In this document: one piece after another, positions 12,999 through 27,377 of the stretch | Layout: each line of letters starts with the position of its first letter | Position numbering within the stretch: position 1 is the first letter of the stretch | Origin: Octopus sinensis | Taxonomy: Eukaryota | Reading direction: 5' to 3' | Assembly (NCBI RefSeq): GCF_006345805.1 | Contig: NC_043012.1 | Span: forward strand, 57,908,001-57,972,000 | DNA: 64,000 nucleotides | Notes under the pieces: model-generated | Database searches by the model: none | What the model was told of the DNA's origin: nothing | The model's input: only the letters and a program-made list of their open reading frames with translations | Position numbers and translations under genes: made by a program

Positions 12999-13833
12999 TG
13001 TGGTGAATAAACTGTCGTATCAATTACCCAGAAAGGAAAATAACACTAACATATCATTTTTACAGATATATTTACCAAAATTACATAAAAATATCTTGGA
13101 ATAATAAAGAGGAAATTTCTTCAATAAATTCGCCATTGGCTTCAACACCGGCCTCCAGACGACTTTGGAATCTCCTGCAACTCTTCTGGATGGTCTCCTT
13201 GTTTAAGTTGGTGAATGCTGCCATAATCCTTGTCTTCAGTTCATCTTTGGTGTTACAAGGAGTTTTGTTGGTCTCTTGCCCAACTGCGCCCCGCACATAA
13301 TAATCAGCGGGTTGCAGCCTGAGGAGTCAGGTGTCCAGAGGTTAGGGGTGATATTGTCGCAGAAATTGACCTACAGCCATGACTGGGATCTCCTGCCTGC
13401 CAGACAAAGGGCGTTCTAGCAGCCACCCTCTTGACCCACGGCAACACTACCTCCTCCAGGCCCTTGATGTAGAACTCCGTGTTGAGTCTGAGACCGTGTA
13501 GCAAGATTAATGGAGGCATAACGTCGCCATCACTAGTCATCAGTCCAAACACCAGGATGTTGATTGGATGTTTGATTTTTATCACTCTCGGTTTATGCAC
13601 TGTCCTCAGATTGATACCCAAACGCTCTGGAATGTTCATATTGCAGTTTCCAGCGCGAATGCCAAGCAGTACAGCATGTTGTTTCCAAATTTCTGGCAGA
13701 GTGAATTGCGTCGTAGTGATGATTTCTCACAGGCGGTGCCCAACAGACTCTACTATACTGTATAGTCGAGAAAAGCAAACACAAATAATGCAAGAAATTA
13801 AAGATATAGAATGGCGACAATTTACCCATCGCA
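12999..13833 (-). mobile_element. Internally deleted IS630-Tc1-mariner element (maT/DD37D-like)
   Basis: ORFs 13304-13639 and 13081-13296 give KHPINILVFGLMTSDGDVMPP...YIKGLEEVVLPW and TKDELKTRIMAAF...CRRFQSRLEA.VEANGEFIE. Degenerate TIRs TGTGGTGAATAAACTGTCG (12999) and CGACAATTTACCCATCGCA (to 13833). Confidence 0.8.
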
Positions 13834-14007
13834 CACACACACACACACACATACACATGCACACACGCACATGTATGGGTGCATATGTGTCTGTGTGGTA
13901 AGAAGTTGGCTTCCCTCCACATAGTTCCAGGTTTAGTCCCCTTGCGTGACGCCTTGGGTCGACCTAACCCGCCTGTGTGGACTTAGCGGAAACTCCAAGA
14001 ATCCCTC

Positions 14008-14038
<31 letters not shown>

Positions 14039-14253
14039 CATACATATATATATGGGGAGAATTCACCAAAAAAAAAACAAAAGACGAAGACAGGTGGTAT
14101 AGACAACAAACAGACATATTAGTTTAACGCTCGGGAAGTGAAAAAGTGTTAATGTTTCGAGCCTACGCTCTTCCACAGAAAGGAGAGAAAATAAAGAATG
14201 TGTAGTAGCTAGCGATCTACACATATGTTTATGTGTGGGATGCATGTATGCAT

Positions 14254-14287
<34 letters not shown>

Positions 14288-14389
14288 TGTATGTATGTAT
14301 GTATGTATGTATGTGTGTGTATGTATGTATGTATGTATGTATGTATGTATGTATGTATGTATGCATTTATGTATGTATATAAAAATAAA

Positions 14390-14640
14390 TGAATGCGCCC
14401 TTTTAAAACCTAGCCAGAATCATGGGCCCTGTTTCCCGGTTTCAATGGCGTATGTGATCCCCAGCTGGACGGGCCGCCAGTCCAATGCAGCGTTACTCAT
14501 TTTTGCCAGCTGAGTGGACTGGAGCAACGTGAAATGAAGTGTTTGGCTCAAGAGCACAACGCGTCGTCCGGTCCAGGAATCGAAACCACAATCTTACGAT
14601 CATAGTGCTGACACCCTAACCACTAAACCACGCGCCTCCA
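14390..14640 (-). mobile_element. tRNA-derived SINE (third family)
   Basis: Head TGGAGGCGCGTGGTTTAGTGGTTAGGG, GTTTCGATTCCTGGACC, body TTGCTCCAGTCCACTCAGCTG. Related copies at about 33981-34190 (+) and 37826-38056 (-). Confidence 0.8.
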
Positions 14641-15072
14641 CATATATGTATATACTTCCTCTTTATTAACATTTCAATTTCTAGTAGTAAACTGTAATAC
14701 ACTGCCCCGCCAAGTGGCTGCCTTAAACGAGATAGAAACGTATCTGATTTAATTTGTTTTCATGGACAGGTGTATTATTCTTTGGTTCTTTTCTGCTACT
14801 CCTATTCCTTTCCCGTGTTTTGCCTGTGTAGTACTGGTTTTTCAAATACTACCACCTTCTTCAAATTCCTTTCTTGTGCCAGTCACTCCATTGCGGATCT
14901 GAGGTGGACAAACGAGGGCGATTCTTCGGTATTTTTATTCAGCTGACTGACCATGGATCGATCAATTGATACGATTGAACTATGGAACTAATTCCTTCCA
15001 ATACTTATCCGGAACATTTGTAAGCCTTGAATAAATGTACGAATCCATTATCTCTCTCTCTCTCTCTCTCTC

Positions 15073-15120
<48 letters not shown>

Positions 15121-16064
15121 ATATATATACATGCACACACACACACACATATATATGTACCTATATATATATATATATATATATATGCTTATATATATGT
15201 ATATATAGGTATAGATATATATACATATATATGCATATATACACATATATTTGCATATCTATATACACACATTGATATATCACTAGTAATACTCTTAGTA
15301 ACTGGATTCTTGTTAATCCAATATTTTGAGTTACTCTATTTCGATTATATACGGCGATGATGGCGTGCATAATATATATGGCTGCCTATATTTTTGCCGC
15401 CCTTCAATGCTTTGAGTTCAAATCTGACAAAGGTTAATTTCGCCTTTCTTTTTTTTCTTTCCCCCCCCCTTTTATATTTGTTCTACTGATTCCTATATAA
15501 CACGGCAGGCATATTCCATAGACAATTCAATTGAGAATACTTCTTCCCTGCATATTTATGGTTTTATGCCAATATAAGGAATCAATAATTGGACTCCTGA
15601 ATATCGTGAAGAACGAAATATTCCCGATAACCTTTATTCTCGTCCGTGTAATTCAAAATCTCACCAGATACAAACGATTGCTCTAATGAGAAGTATGAAC
15701 ATCCAAAGAAAAACTCCTCCGTTTCCTCTACATACGATTGGTTTCTACACATTCTTGCATTAACATATATTCGTACATATGCACACATTTGCACATATAG
15801 ACTTACATGCACTTACACACACACAGTCATACCCACATACATAAATATATTCCTACATGTTTCTTTACATACACACATAGACATACGCGAATAATACGCA
15901 AATACAAAGGCTAATATACAGAAGCATTCATATGCACACCTACGCACAAGACATCAAATACGTATATACCAAAACATGTATGAATTGTGTATATACGTAT
16001 ATATATGTATATGTATATGTATATATATATATATTTATGTTTGTATGTATGTATATATGTATAA

Positions 16065-16104
<40 letters not shown>

Positions 16105-16408
16105 CATATATACATACATACAAACATACATACGTACAAATATACATACATAAATACATACATACATACAGAAGCATTGATAAGCACACCTACACACAAA
16201 ACATGTCACACATATACGAAAACATATATAACTTGTATGTGTATATATCTATATCTATATATCTATATATCTATATATATATATATATATATAAATGTAT
16301 ATGTGTGGGCATGTGTGTGTGTATGTGTGTACTAAAATATATAGCATGTATATTTGTACATAGGTGTGTGTGTGTCTGTATGTATGTATGCATGTATGTA
16401 TCTGTCTG

Positions 16409-16453
<45 letters not shown>

Positions 16454-16721
16454 GTATCTATCTATCTATGTATCTATCTATCTATCTATCTACAAACATG
16501 CGTAGATACATATATACACATATGCCTATATATATATATATACATACTCAGATCCTCTCACACATATATGATTACATCGAAAGCTCTTTATTGCAGCGTT
16601 GAATGGAAAATATAGATATATATCTATGTAAACATTTATGCATTTCGCTATATAAACAAAGGCCCATGCACACGCACATGCTTACACAAACACACACACA
16701 CACACGTACATATATATATAT

Positions 16722-16755
<34 letters not shown>

Positions 16756-16815
16756 ACATACATTCATACATACATATATATATATATATACATACATACA
16801 TACATATATATATAT

Positions 16816-16892
<77 letters not shown>

Positions 16893-16960
16893 CGTATATA
16901 TATATGTACGTATATATAATACAGTAAATAATATATAAATCTGTTATACAAATATCATAC

Positions 16961-17083
<123 letters not shown>

Positions 17084-17339
17084 CATATATATATCAATGC
17101 GTGAGCTTGTGTGCTTGCGCGAGCGTGTGTGTGCGTGAGTGTGTGTGTGTGCGTGCGTGCGTGTGTGTGTTTATGACTTGTGTGCTTGTATATGTAAACA
17201 CAAATGCAACACCGTACGAACGTGTACTGAAATATCCAATAAGTATATACATTCCCAGTGTATATACACTCGACAAATAATACAGAAGCTATTAAAGCTA
17301 TAGAGCTGTACAATATGTTTAGTGACAGCCTGGACTTGC

Positions 17340-17924
17340 AGAACCGGTGATGGAGTTTAGAGGGATATGGATGACGAATGAAACACTGATGTTGCTGCTG
17401 CTGCTGCTGATGATGATGATGGTGGTGGTGGTACCGGTAGTGGTGGTGGTGGTGGTGGTGAGTTTGATGATAACCTTGAGGGTGGTGGTAGTAGTGGTGG
17501 TGGTGGTGGTGGTGGTGGTAGAGATAAAGGCGCAGGTGGTGACGAGGTTGCTGATGGTGATGGTGATGAAGGTGGTGTGGTGCTCGTAGCGATAACGGGG
17601 ATAATTGTGGTGATGAGGATGGTGATGATTATGATGAGCGTGATGATCGTGATGATGATGATGATGACCGTGGTGATGATGATGGTGATGATGCTGAGGT
17701 TGATGATCAGGTCGAGTGTGGTGACGAGGTGGGGGATAAAGGAGCTGTGGTGACGAGGATGCTGGTGGTGGTGATGATGATGATGATGATGATTATGGTG
17801 GTGGTGGTGGTGATGATGATGGAGATGATGATGATGATGATGGTGGTGGTGATGATGATGATGGTGGTGGTGATGATGATGGAGATGATGATGATGATGG
17901 TGGTGGTGATGATGATGGAGATGA

Positions 17925-17998
<74 letters not shown>

Positions 17999-18089
17999 AT
18001 GATGATGGAGATGATGATGATGATGATGATGGTGGTGGTGATGATGATGGAGATGATGATGATGATGGTGGTGATGATGATGGAGATGA

Positions 18090-18121
<32 letters not shown>

Positions 18122-18125
18122 ATAA

Positions 18126-18157
<32 letters not shown>

Positions 18158-18212
18158 ATGATGGTGATGATGATGATGATGATGATGGTGGTGGTGATGA
18201 TGATGGAGATGA

Positions 18213-18244
<32 letters not shown>

Positions 18245-18275
18245 ATAATGATGATGATGATGATGATGGTGGTGG

Positions 18276-18331
<56 letters not shown>

Positions 18332-18925
18332 ATGATGATGATAATGATGATGATGATGATGGTGGTGGTGGTGATAATGATGATGATGATTATAATGGCG
18401 ACACCGGTGACGGGGACGACGACGATGTCTACGATGACAATGGATGCGATGATGCAGTGGACGACGACGACGATGATGATGATGACGACGACAACGACGA
18501 TGGTGATGGTGATGATAATGATGGTGGTGGTGGTGGTGGTGATGATGATGATGATGATGATGAAGGTCGTGGGTGTTGCTGTTGCTACAGCTCCTCTGCT
18601 GCTGCTGCTGCTGCTGTTGCTTCAACTTTTGCTGACGTCGCCGCCGCTGCTACTGCTCCTGTTGCTACTGCCGCTGCTGCTGCTATTTGCAAAAACGTTG
18701 ATGACCGCTGCGTGGATGGTGATGAAGGCGTTGACGATGGACGTGGTGTAGTTGGTGGTGGTAGCTGTGGTGTGGTGTGGTGGTAGTGGTGTTGATGGTA
18801 AGGAAGACGATCACGATGATCTCGATGTTAATTTTGATGAAGGCGGTCGTGGTGGTGGAGGTGGTTGTTGCGGCATGATTGATGATGATGATGATTGACG
18901 ATGATGATTGACGATTATGATTGAC

Positions 18926-18972
<47 letters not shown>

Positions 18973-19043
18973 CGATGATGATGATGATGACGATGATGAT
19001 GATGATGATGATGATGATGACGATGATTGACGATGATGGTGAC

Positions 19044-19077
<34 letters not shown>

Positions 19078-19221
19078 GACGATGATGATGACGATGACGA
19101 TGATGATGATGAGGATGATGATGACGATGATGATGATGATGATGATTGACGATGATGATGATGATGACGATGATGATGATGATGATGATGATGATTGACG
19201 ATGATTGACGATGATGATGAC

Positions 19222-19259
<38 letters not shown>

Positions 19260-19281
19260 CGATGATGATGATGATGATGAC

Positions 19282-19322
<41 letters not shown>

Positions 19323-19437
19323 CGATGATGAGGATGATGATGACGATGATGATGACGATGATGATGATGATGATGATGATGATGACGATGATGACGATGA
19401 TGATGACGATGATGATGATGATGATGATGATGATGAC

Positions 19438-19469
<32 letters not shown>

Positions 19470-19800
19470 CAATGAATTGGATGTTGTAACTGTTTGATCA
19501 TGCTTCTGATGGTGGTGAGGGCGGTGACGGTGGTTATGGGATTATGGTGATAGATGTCGATGGTGATCAAGGCGGCGATGGATGGTAGTTATGATAACAA
19601 TAACAGTGTGGTGGTGGGGGATAATGATGATGGTGGTGGCACAGGTGGTTGAGATGGTGGTTATGATGATAATGCTGATGCCGGTGGAGGCGATGGTTCT
19701 AATGAGTAGCTAATAACATCGATCATCAACTTTACCACCACCACCACCACCACCACCACCATCATCATAATCGTCGTCATTATCACCATGAATCATTATC
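17340..19800. repeat. About 2.4 kb compound (GAT/GGT/GAC)n trinucleotide array
   Basis: Directly visible; gives the poly-His, poly-Met, poly-Asp and poly-Ser ORFs. Confidence 0.95.
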
Positions 19801-19879
19801 ATCATCGTTGTCGTCGTCTTCATCGTCTTCATCGTCGTCATCATAATTATCATCATTAATATTATTGGTATTATCATTT

Positions 19880-21556
19880 ATAGAAAATTTAGGGCCCATA
19901 ACTCTGCTAATATCAGATATCAAAATTTGGGGGCAATGTGTTATCGAAGAGATTGGATCTTGTCACCATTACAATCTCTACCTCATGCAACATATCATAG
20001 ACAGGGTGGCTAAAGAATCTGGTATAGATGGGGGCCCTGATCAATTTGGATCAATTGAAAGCGTTCGATACCGGCAACCACCAACAATTAGCCTCCCTTC
20101 ACATTGCGGTCAGTTTTGGCCCCGTTTTCCGTGATAGGATTGCAGAAGAGTACAGCGACATCTGCTCGGTAGTTCGGGTGAACGGTTACCTATCGGAAAC
20201 ACTCAGTATTATGAGCTCGATCCCTCAAGATTTTTTTCCCTCTCGTCCCTTCGGTATGCATTAGCGTGAGCTAGGATATGGGTGAACCGTCTCGGCATAC
20301 GCAGAAAAAGTCAACGTCATGGTTTTGAACACCAATCACATAGGCCTGATCGGCTGTATGAGAATACGAGGTGGTATCAGGAGCAAAAATTAACCAACAA
20401 AAGTCCGTGAGCCTGCAGCCTGGTCCTTGGAGAGGCAGATCACTACTGTCTAATAACGCCGTGGACGCTGGACAGAGTGAGCAGTTAAAGTGCTCGGTGT
20501 CAAGTTTGATCCAGTTCTCTAACTGAGACGAAGTGATGAACAGGGTCGAGAGAAAGGCCGGACAGAGGTGGCGAATGCATAGATCGCCTCCGTTATACGT
20601 TAACATTTCACCCTCGTGTCTTGCTCCTGCTTACGTCGAATTGAACTGGAGCGCATACCCTTCCGTTTACTGTGGAAGGGACGCGTTACACTGGACAGGC
20701 TCTCCATTTGCTGCCATCACCCACCGAATGGAGTACTGAGCATGCTGTAAATAATGATGCGTAGAGCACGACAACGATCTCAGGGAGACATTGAGCGTCG
20801 AAGAGAATCAACTGGCCGGTGTGTTTCGGAGGACCTTCGGGCTGGAGCCTATGGATAATTTTCAGAAACCCTTGACCTAGCAGTGCTACCGAGGATAATT
20901 GCCGTTTTGGGATAAACTCTACAAGAATGGAAGTACCGTCAGCTGGGCTCATGCGAGATTCGCGTAGACCGAAGAAACTGTTCTGCACGCTCTCGTACAG
21001 TGCCCGAACATTGATGACTCGTAGGTTTGTGACGAACAACTGCTGTTCCGTGGAGGACGGAACCGATCATCGGATGGATCCCTTGTGAAGAATGTTTCGC
21101 CTCCTTCCTTTGGTCGGGAAGGGCAGGCAGTGTTTACTTGTTTTGTAGCTTCGGTGAAAGGGGTTGTGTGGTGGACGAGATTGCAAGGCCTGAAGAGAGG
21201 TACCTTCCACTTTGGCTAAGCCGTCATCAACATTTTCAAGTTTCACTTTAAAAGGAAAGCGAGAATAGATTATGAATTGCTGTCACACATCAATTTTGTT
21301 GCAAGATGGGTGAATGTAGGGAAGAGGATAAGGAGGGGAAACTTGCCCTAGTGGTAACGCCAACCCTGGTTTCGTGGGGTTTTGAAGACTAACCCTTGGA
21401 AGTCACCTTATTTTGGGGAATTATTCATCTCTAGAATGTATGTATTATAAACTGTTTCTTCTACTTACATCACTCTTCTTTATGTAACTCCACATTGTAT
21501 CGTCTCGTACCGTCCCTAAAGTATTTTTATGAACCCACAATAATGAAGAAAGAAAC
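19880..21556 (+). mobile_element. 5'-truncated, decayed L1/Tx1-clade LINE (RT to 3' UTR)
   Basis: ENLGPITLLISDIKI (cf. NWRPITLLNxDxKI) and ALINLDQLKAFD...SFGPVF...YSDICSVVRVNGYLS (cf. L1/Tx1 RT). Many stops and frameshifts. Pyrimidine-rich 3' UTR ending before (ATT)n. Confidence 0.75.
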
Positions 21557-21572
21557 ATTATTATTATTATTA

Positions 21573-21605
<33 letters not shown>

Positions 21606-21606
<1 letters not shown>

Positions 21607-22708
21607 TGTGTTTGACTTTTGCTTTACATTTGTACAAGTTGGCTCCGAGTCTCACCTAGAGATCTCAAGAGACAACAGGTTGGAATGTCATGTTGTTGTT
21701 ATGCCTAGTGTGCCATATATTTGGGGCTTTTTGGTGTTGTACTAGTGAATGTCCAAAAAAAAATTATGTTTGAGTACTATCTTTTGAATTTCTGCCACTT
21801 TTGAGTTTCCTGGTATCTGAGGTAGCAATCATCCCCTTTCGCTATCATTCCTAGGGCACCTATGACAACAGGTATTGTTTTAGTTTTCAGGTTCCACATT
21901 TTGCTGATTTCTATTTCCAGGTCTTTATATTTGCTCAGTTTTTGGTAGGTCCTGACAGACACGTTTATATCGATTGGGACAGTCATATCAATGAGAAGGC
22001 ATGTTCTTTGTCTGATGTTTTTCAATATGATGTCTGGCCTATTTGCATCAATATTTCTGTCAGTTTGAATGATGAAGTTCCAGAGGAGTGAGATGTGGTC
22101 ATTTTCAAGCACTGGAGGTGATTTGTGTTCCCACCAGTTTTTTTCATGGGGCAAATCCAGGTTTTTTCAAATTACCCAGTGAATATATTGTGCAGCTCTA
22201 ACATGCCTGTTGAGATAATCTGTAGGCGCTAGAAGACTGCACTTGGAGTCAACATGATCAATGGTTTCATTTTGTTGTTGACATACACGGCATGTTGGGC
22301 TACTGCCGTTCTTTAATATGTTGGCCTGGTAGTTTCTTGTTGGTAGGCATTGATCTTGAGCTGCTATGATAAACACTTCTGTTTCAGATTTTAAGCCAGA
22401 GGCCATTAGACATTGATGGGTCAGGACTTTGTCAACATCTGCATTATTCGCTCTCTTTGGGTATTTGCCATAGAGAGGTTTTTCTTGCCATTTATCATTC
22501 AGAATATCTAAGGGCGCAGTTTCAGCACGGGTTTTCATGCGCTTAGCTTTTTCTGTGCTTGTTTCTTGTATGTCTAATTCCGAAATTGGTTGTATTCGGA
22601 ATTCACTTAGATATTCCTTTGCCTGTTTTGTTACTGAGTATGACGCTTTCTTGTTTTCATGTTTTCAGACAAGTTTTAACATCCAATCCTCAGAGTTTTT
22701 CAGGTAAG
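21606..22708 (-). mobile_element. 5'-truncated R4/Dong-type non-LTR retrotransposon (zinc knuckle plus RLE)
   Basis: ORF 22167-22538 contains CRVC...ETIDHVDSKC (CCHC). ORF 21777-22154 contains LLWNF.IQTDR.I.ANRPDII...LLIDMTVP...KLSKYKDL (PD..D..K restriction-like endonuclease). Flanked by TAA repeats on both sides. Confidence 0.9.
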
Positions 22709-22750
22709 TATTATTATTATTATTATTATTATCATTATTATTATTGTTAC

Positions 22751-22783
<33 letters not shown>

Positions 22784-22949
22784 CATTATTTTTATTATTG
22801 TTGTTGTTGTTGTTATTTTTAATATTATCATTATTATTATTAATATTATTATCATTAATATTATTATTATTATTATTAATATTATCATCATCGTTATTAT
22901 TATTATTATTATTATTATATCATTATAATTATTATTATTATTATTATAC

Positions 22950-22981
<32 letters not shown>

Positions 22982-23620
22982 GTCGTTGTTGTTGTTTTTT
23001 TTAATATTATCATTATTATTATCATTAATATTATTATTATTATTAATATTATCATTATTATTATTATTATTATTGTTGGTGTTGTTGTTATTACTATTGT
23101 TAGGGTGATTATGGTGAAGATAAGTCTATGATGATGAAGGTGGTGATGATGATGATGCACATGTTGGTAAAGTCGCTGAGGGTATATGTAATTGGTTTTC
23201 ATCATTAAGATAATGATGCTGCAGATGCTGATGGCGATGACGACGACGATGATGATGATGGGCAAATGATGACAACGATAACGATGATAATGCCGACGAT
23301 AGTAATGAGCATACAGATGATAATAATGAAGACGGTAATAATAACGATAATAAAGCTGTGCGTGATGACGAAGAAATCAGCATAACCGTAATGTGACGAC
23401 GATGACGACGTTGATGCCAATGATGACGATGATGATGATGACGATGACGATCACTAGGATTATTACGATGATGACGATGATGATGATTATGGTGTTGATG
23501 AGGATGAGGATGATGATGATGAGGATGTTGGTGGTAGTGGTGGTGATAATGATAAGGATGATGATGCTGATGATGATGATGATGAGGATGATGATGATGA
23601 TAACAGCGACTAAGATGCTA
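22709..23620. repeat. (TAT/TGT)n then (GAT/GAC)n compound microsatellite
   Basis: Directly visible; includes an approximately 180-bp internal tandem duplication (about 22800 and about 22980). Confidence 0.9.
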
Positions 23621-23893
23621 ATTCATCTGTTCCTCTGATTCGCTCGTTAATTCTCCTTGACAACGTCATCAATGATGGAACCTTCTAAAGAAGATCATAC
23701 GCAAACACTTTTACAAGCCTACATACATACATACATACATACATACATGCATGCATGAATACATACATACATACACACATACATACATATATACATGTGT
23801 ACATATTTATATACAAATATACATACATACATATATATATACATATATACATATACATGAATGTAAATACATATCTAAATACATATATATACA

Positions 23894-23937
<44 letters not shown>

Positions 23938-23942
<5 letters not shown>

Positions 23943-24093
23943 CTGTGTGGTAAGAAGCTTGCTTCCCAGCCACTTGGTTCCTGGTTCAGTCCCACTGCGT
24001 GGCAACTTCGGGACTTGTCATCTACTACAGTCTCGGGGGCCGACAAAGCCTTGCGAGTGGATTAGGTACATGGAAACCGAAAGAAGCCCGTCG

Positions 24094-24131
<38 letters not shown>

Positions 24132-24296
24132 ATATATATATATGCGGCTGTGTGGTAAGAAGCTTGCTTCCCAGCCACTTGGTTCCTGGTTCAGTCCCAC
24201 TGCGTGGCACTTCGGGACTTGTCATCTACTACAGTCTCGGGGGCCGACAAAGCCTTGCGAGTGGATTAGGTACATGGAAACCGAAAGAAGCCCGTC

Positions 24297-24357
<61 letters not shown>

Positions 24358-24513
24358 GCGGCTGTGTGGTAAGAAGCTTGCTTCCCAGCCACTTGGTTCC
24401 TGGTTCAGTCCCACTGCGTGGCAACTTCGGGACTTGTCATCTACTACAGTCTCGGGGGCCGACCAAAGCCTTGCGAGTGGATTAGGTACATGGAAACCGA
24501 AAGAAGCCCGTCG

Positions 24514-24514
<1 letters not shown>
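23938..24514 (+). repeat. Tandem triplication of a CORE-like SINE head plus (AT)n
   Basis: Units start at 23938, 24143 and 24357 and share the same private variants (CAGCCACTTGGTTCC, CTTCGGGACTTGTCATC, GGATTAGGTACATGG). Confidence 0.9.
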
Positions 24515-24548
<34 letters not shown>

Positions 24549-25230
24549 TATATATATATAAAGATTCAGATGTATATGGTACTTAAGAGGCACCAGAATT
24601 TAGTACGGTATTATCCATACAAAGTAAGTTGATTAAAATCAAAATAAGCAACAAGGATATCCAGAGGTAATGCAGTACGATCGTTTCATGCAACTCCATT
24701 TAATTGAACAATGCAATCATTACATCAGTTTAAAATGAAGAGCAATCTTCAGCTGCACAAAAACATATAGCTTGGTGGATGTGCTTCTCTCCCCCTTGTA
24801 AACATAAGGACACAGGAAATGTGTTAAGGATGTGCAGCTTCCTAGTGCTAAATAGCAGTAGCATTATTCCCTTCATGGGACTGTCACATTAAGTTGACAG
24901 CATACAACTACTTTATCGTATCACTACTGCATAAATGTCTCCGAGAGATTTAGAAATGTATTATTTCCATATATATGATGTATATATATATATGTATATA
25001 TATGCATATAATTATATATAGAGAGAGAGAGTGAGAGAGAGACAGAGATAGAGATAGATACATAAATATATTCACACATGCATATATACAGACATAAATA
25101 AATACATACATACACACATACACCATATTCTGATCATATCTTGATTCCTCACTCTATGACTTCGGACTTGTACTCAAATTCGAAAATGCACATGTATGGG
25201 CAGTGTCGCACTCGGTCGTGCACACACACA

Positions 25231-25276
<46 letters not shown>

Positions 25277-25428
25277 CCACACACACACATTCCAGAGAAA
25301 GATTCACCTACTTTCGTCCCACCCCGAATACCCTTATTACACCCTATACTTTTGACCATACTTTTGTTGATGCGTACGCCTGTACTTGCCCATATATATA
25401 TTTAAAGTTATACATGCATATACTCACA

Positions 25429-25463
<35 letters not shown>

Positions 25464-25570
25464 GTCGATATTGATATTGATACATACGTAAAAATATACT
25501 CATACACACATATACGAGAGTGCATACATAGATACATATACACATATATACACATATACGTATATATGTG

Positions 25571-25608
<38 letters not shown>

Positions 25609-25660
25609 TGTGTATGTGTGTATATGTATGAAATATGCATATGTATTGTATATATATATT

Positions 25661-25732
<72 letters not shown>

Positions 25733-26499
25733 GCCCACACACGCACAAAGAATGCGAGAGAGAGAGAGAGTGAGTGAGAGAGAAGGTGAAGAGCGTGCAG
25801 GCATGAAACTGTCTTAGTTGTCGATCTTCTTTTAATACAACACCATCGCTGACGAGTATTAATTGAAGCATTGATAACTGTAATAATTATGATATCGATT
25901 GTGAAGCTTGCTAGACAAATAGACATAGAAACCCATGGAGGCAAAGAAGAATTGATGAAAGCATTAGCAAACAAATAGCAGATATACCTTCTTCTCTTGA
26001 AGCGCAAATATCTGCCGGGGGAAAGAAGCGGGGTGAGGAAAATTTTCTATTGAACTTCTCGGTTGATTGTTTGCTGCAGTTGTTGTTGTTGTAGTTGTCG
26101 CTGTTGTGTGTGTGTGTACTGTTGTTGTTGTTGTTGCTAGTGGTGGTAGTGTTCCTGTTGTGGTTGTTGTTGTCGATTATATTGTTTTTGTTGTGTTTGT
26201 CTTGGGTGTTTTTGTTATTGTTGCTGCTGTTGTTAATGTTTTTGCAATTGTCATTTCCTTTGTTCTCGCCGCTGTCGCTGCTGCTGCTGCTACTGTTGCC
26301 CCTGTAGTTGTTCAGCTTCTTCTTCTTCTTCTTCTTCTTCTTCTTCTTCTTCTTCTTCTTCTTTTTCTTCTTCTTCTTCTATTTGCAGTAGTCATATATG
26401 TATGTGTTTGTGTGTGTGTGTTTGTGTGTGTGTGTTTGTGTGAGATCCAATGTGTCCATAAATAACTACAGTCGATCTGTGAATTGAAGACGTTTAGAA

Positions 26500-27200
26500 G
26501 CCATAGAGTTAATGAAAACTTAGAGTCCGTTGGCAGTTCGAAAGTTTTATAACTCTCATTGTAGTATATTTTTTAACTCAACATGAATTCTACTCGGTGT
26601 TTACTTCAGATTGGAAAATATTCTTCAACTCAGTCTATCTTACAATGGATCTACTAACATATATGCTTCTGCTATGGATCATCCTTAACTTTTTACCTGT
26701 TGAATCTTTTTACCTTCCGCACTAAAATTGTCATATGCGATTTTATAAACTTTATGATTTCATCAATTCATTAATTCTTTAAGCATGAAGTTACCTAATG
26801 CAGTCGCCTCACATTCCAACTCTTACTGCTAACGTCCTCAATTAAGGATCTGTCTTTCTATACTGTTTTACTTCGATCTCTTCTGTGACGGGGTACATGG
26901 ATGACGTGAATTCATTACACATTAATATGATCCACTTGGTCAGGCATTCCAGAAACGGCTGTAAGAGTCTTTACGTATCTAATGTGACTGATCTATGTTT
27001 TATTTATAATTTCTTTGGACTCTTTATCATGAAGTAAATATCCTCTAGTAACACTAAATGCTTTGCTTGTCCGTCTTCCATTTTTGATCTATTCGCAACT
27101 GGTGAATCAGGTACCATTTTTAGCCGCCTTGGATAGGCAATTTCAACACCTCGTTCCCTTTTGCACTTCAGGTCGGAGTTTTAATGGTAAGCCGATCTGA
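26500..27200 (-). mobile_element. Possible very decayed APE-endonuclease 5' region of a LINE
   Basis: Minus strand gives SKSWNVRRL (cf. APE motif TWNVRxL) near 26800; otherwise heavily disrupted. Confidence 0.3.
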
Positions 27201-27341
27201 GCAATCAATGTATATACCTATTAATATATGTTAATAGACGTATACTTGTTACATTTATTCTCTCTCTCTCTCTCTCACATACACACCCTCTCGCTCTCTC
27301 TCTCTCTCACTCACCATTTCTCTCTCTCTCTGTGTATATAA

Positions 27342-27377
<36 letters not shown>

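Noticed and set aside
14145-14185. Minus-strand GAGC-GTAG-GCTC-GAAAC hairpin resembling hammerhead stem II
   Set aside because: No CUGANGA core and no NUH triplet at the required position.
15582-15760. Protein-like minus-strand ORF tail (SYVEETEEFFFGCSYF...HDIQESNY)
   Set aside because: No pyrimidine-rich acceptor and no recognisable homology.
17357-18625. 422-aa poly-His ORF and overlapping poly-Met, poly-Asp and poly-Ser ORFs
   Set aside because: Translations of a GAT/GGT microsatellite, open in several frames on both strands, with no non-repetitive domain.
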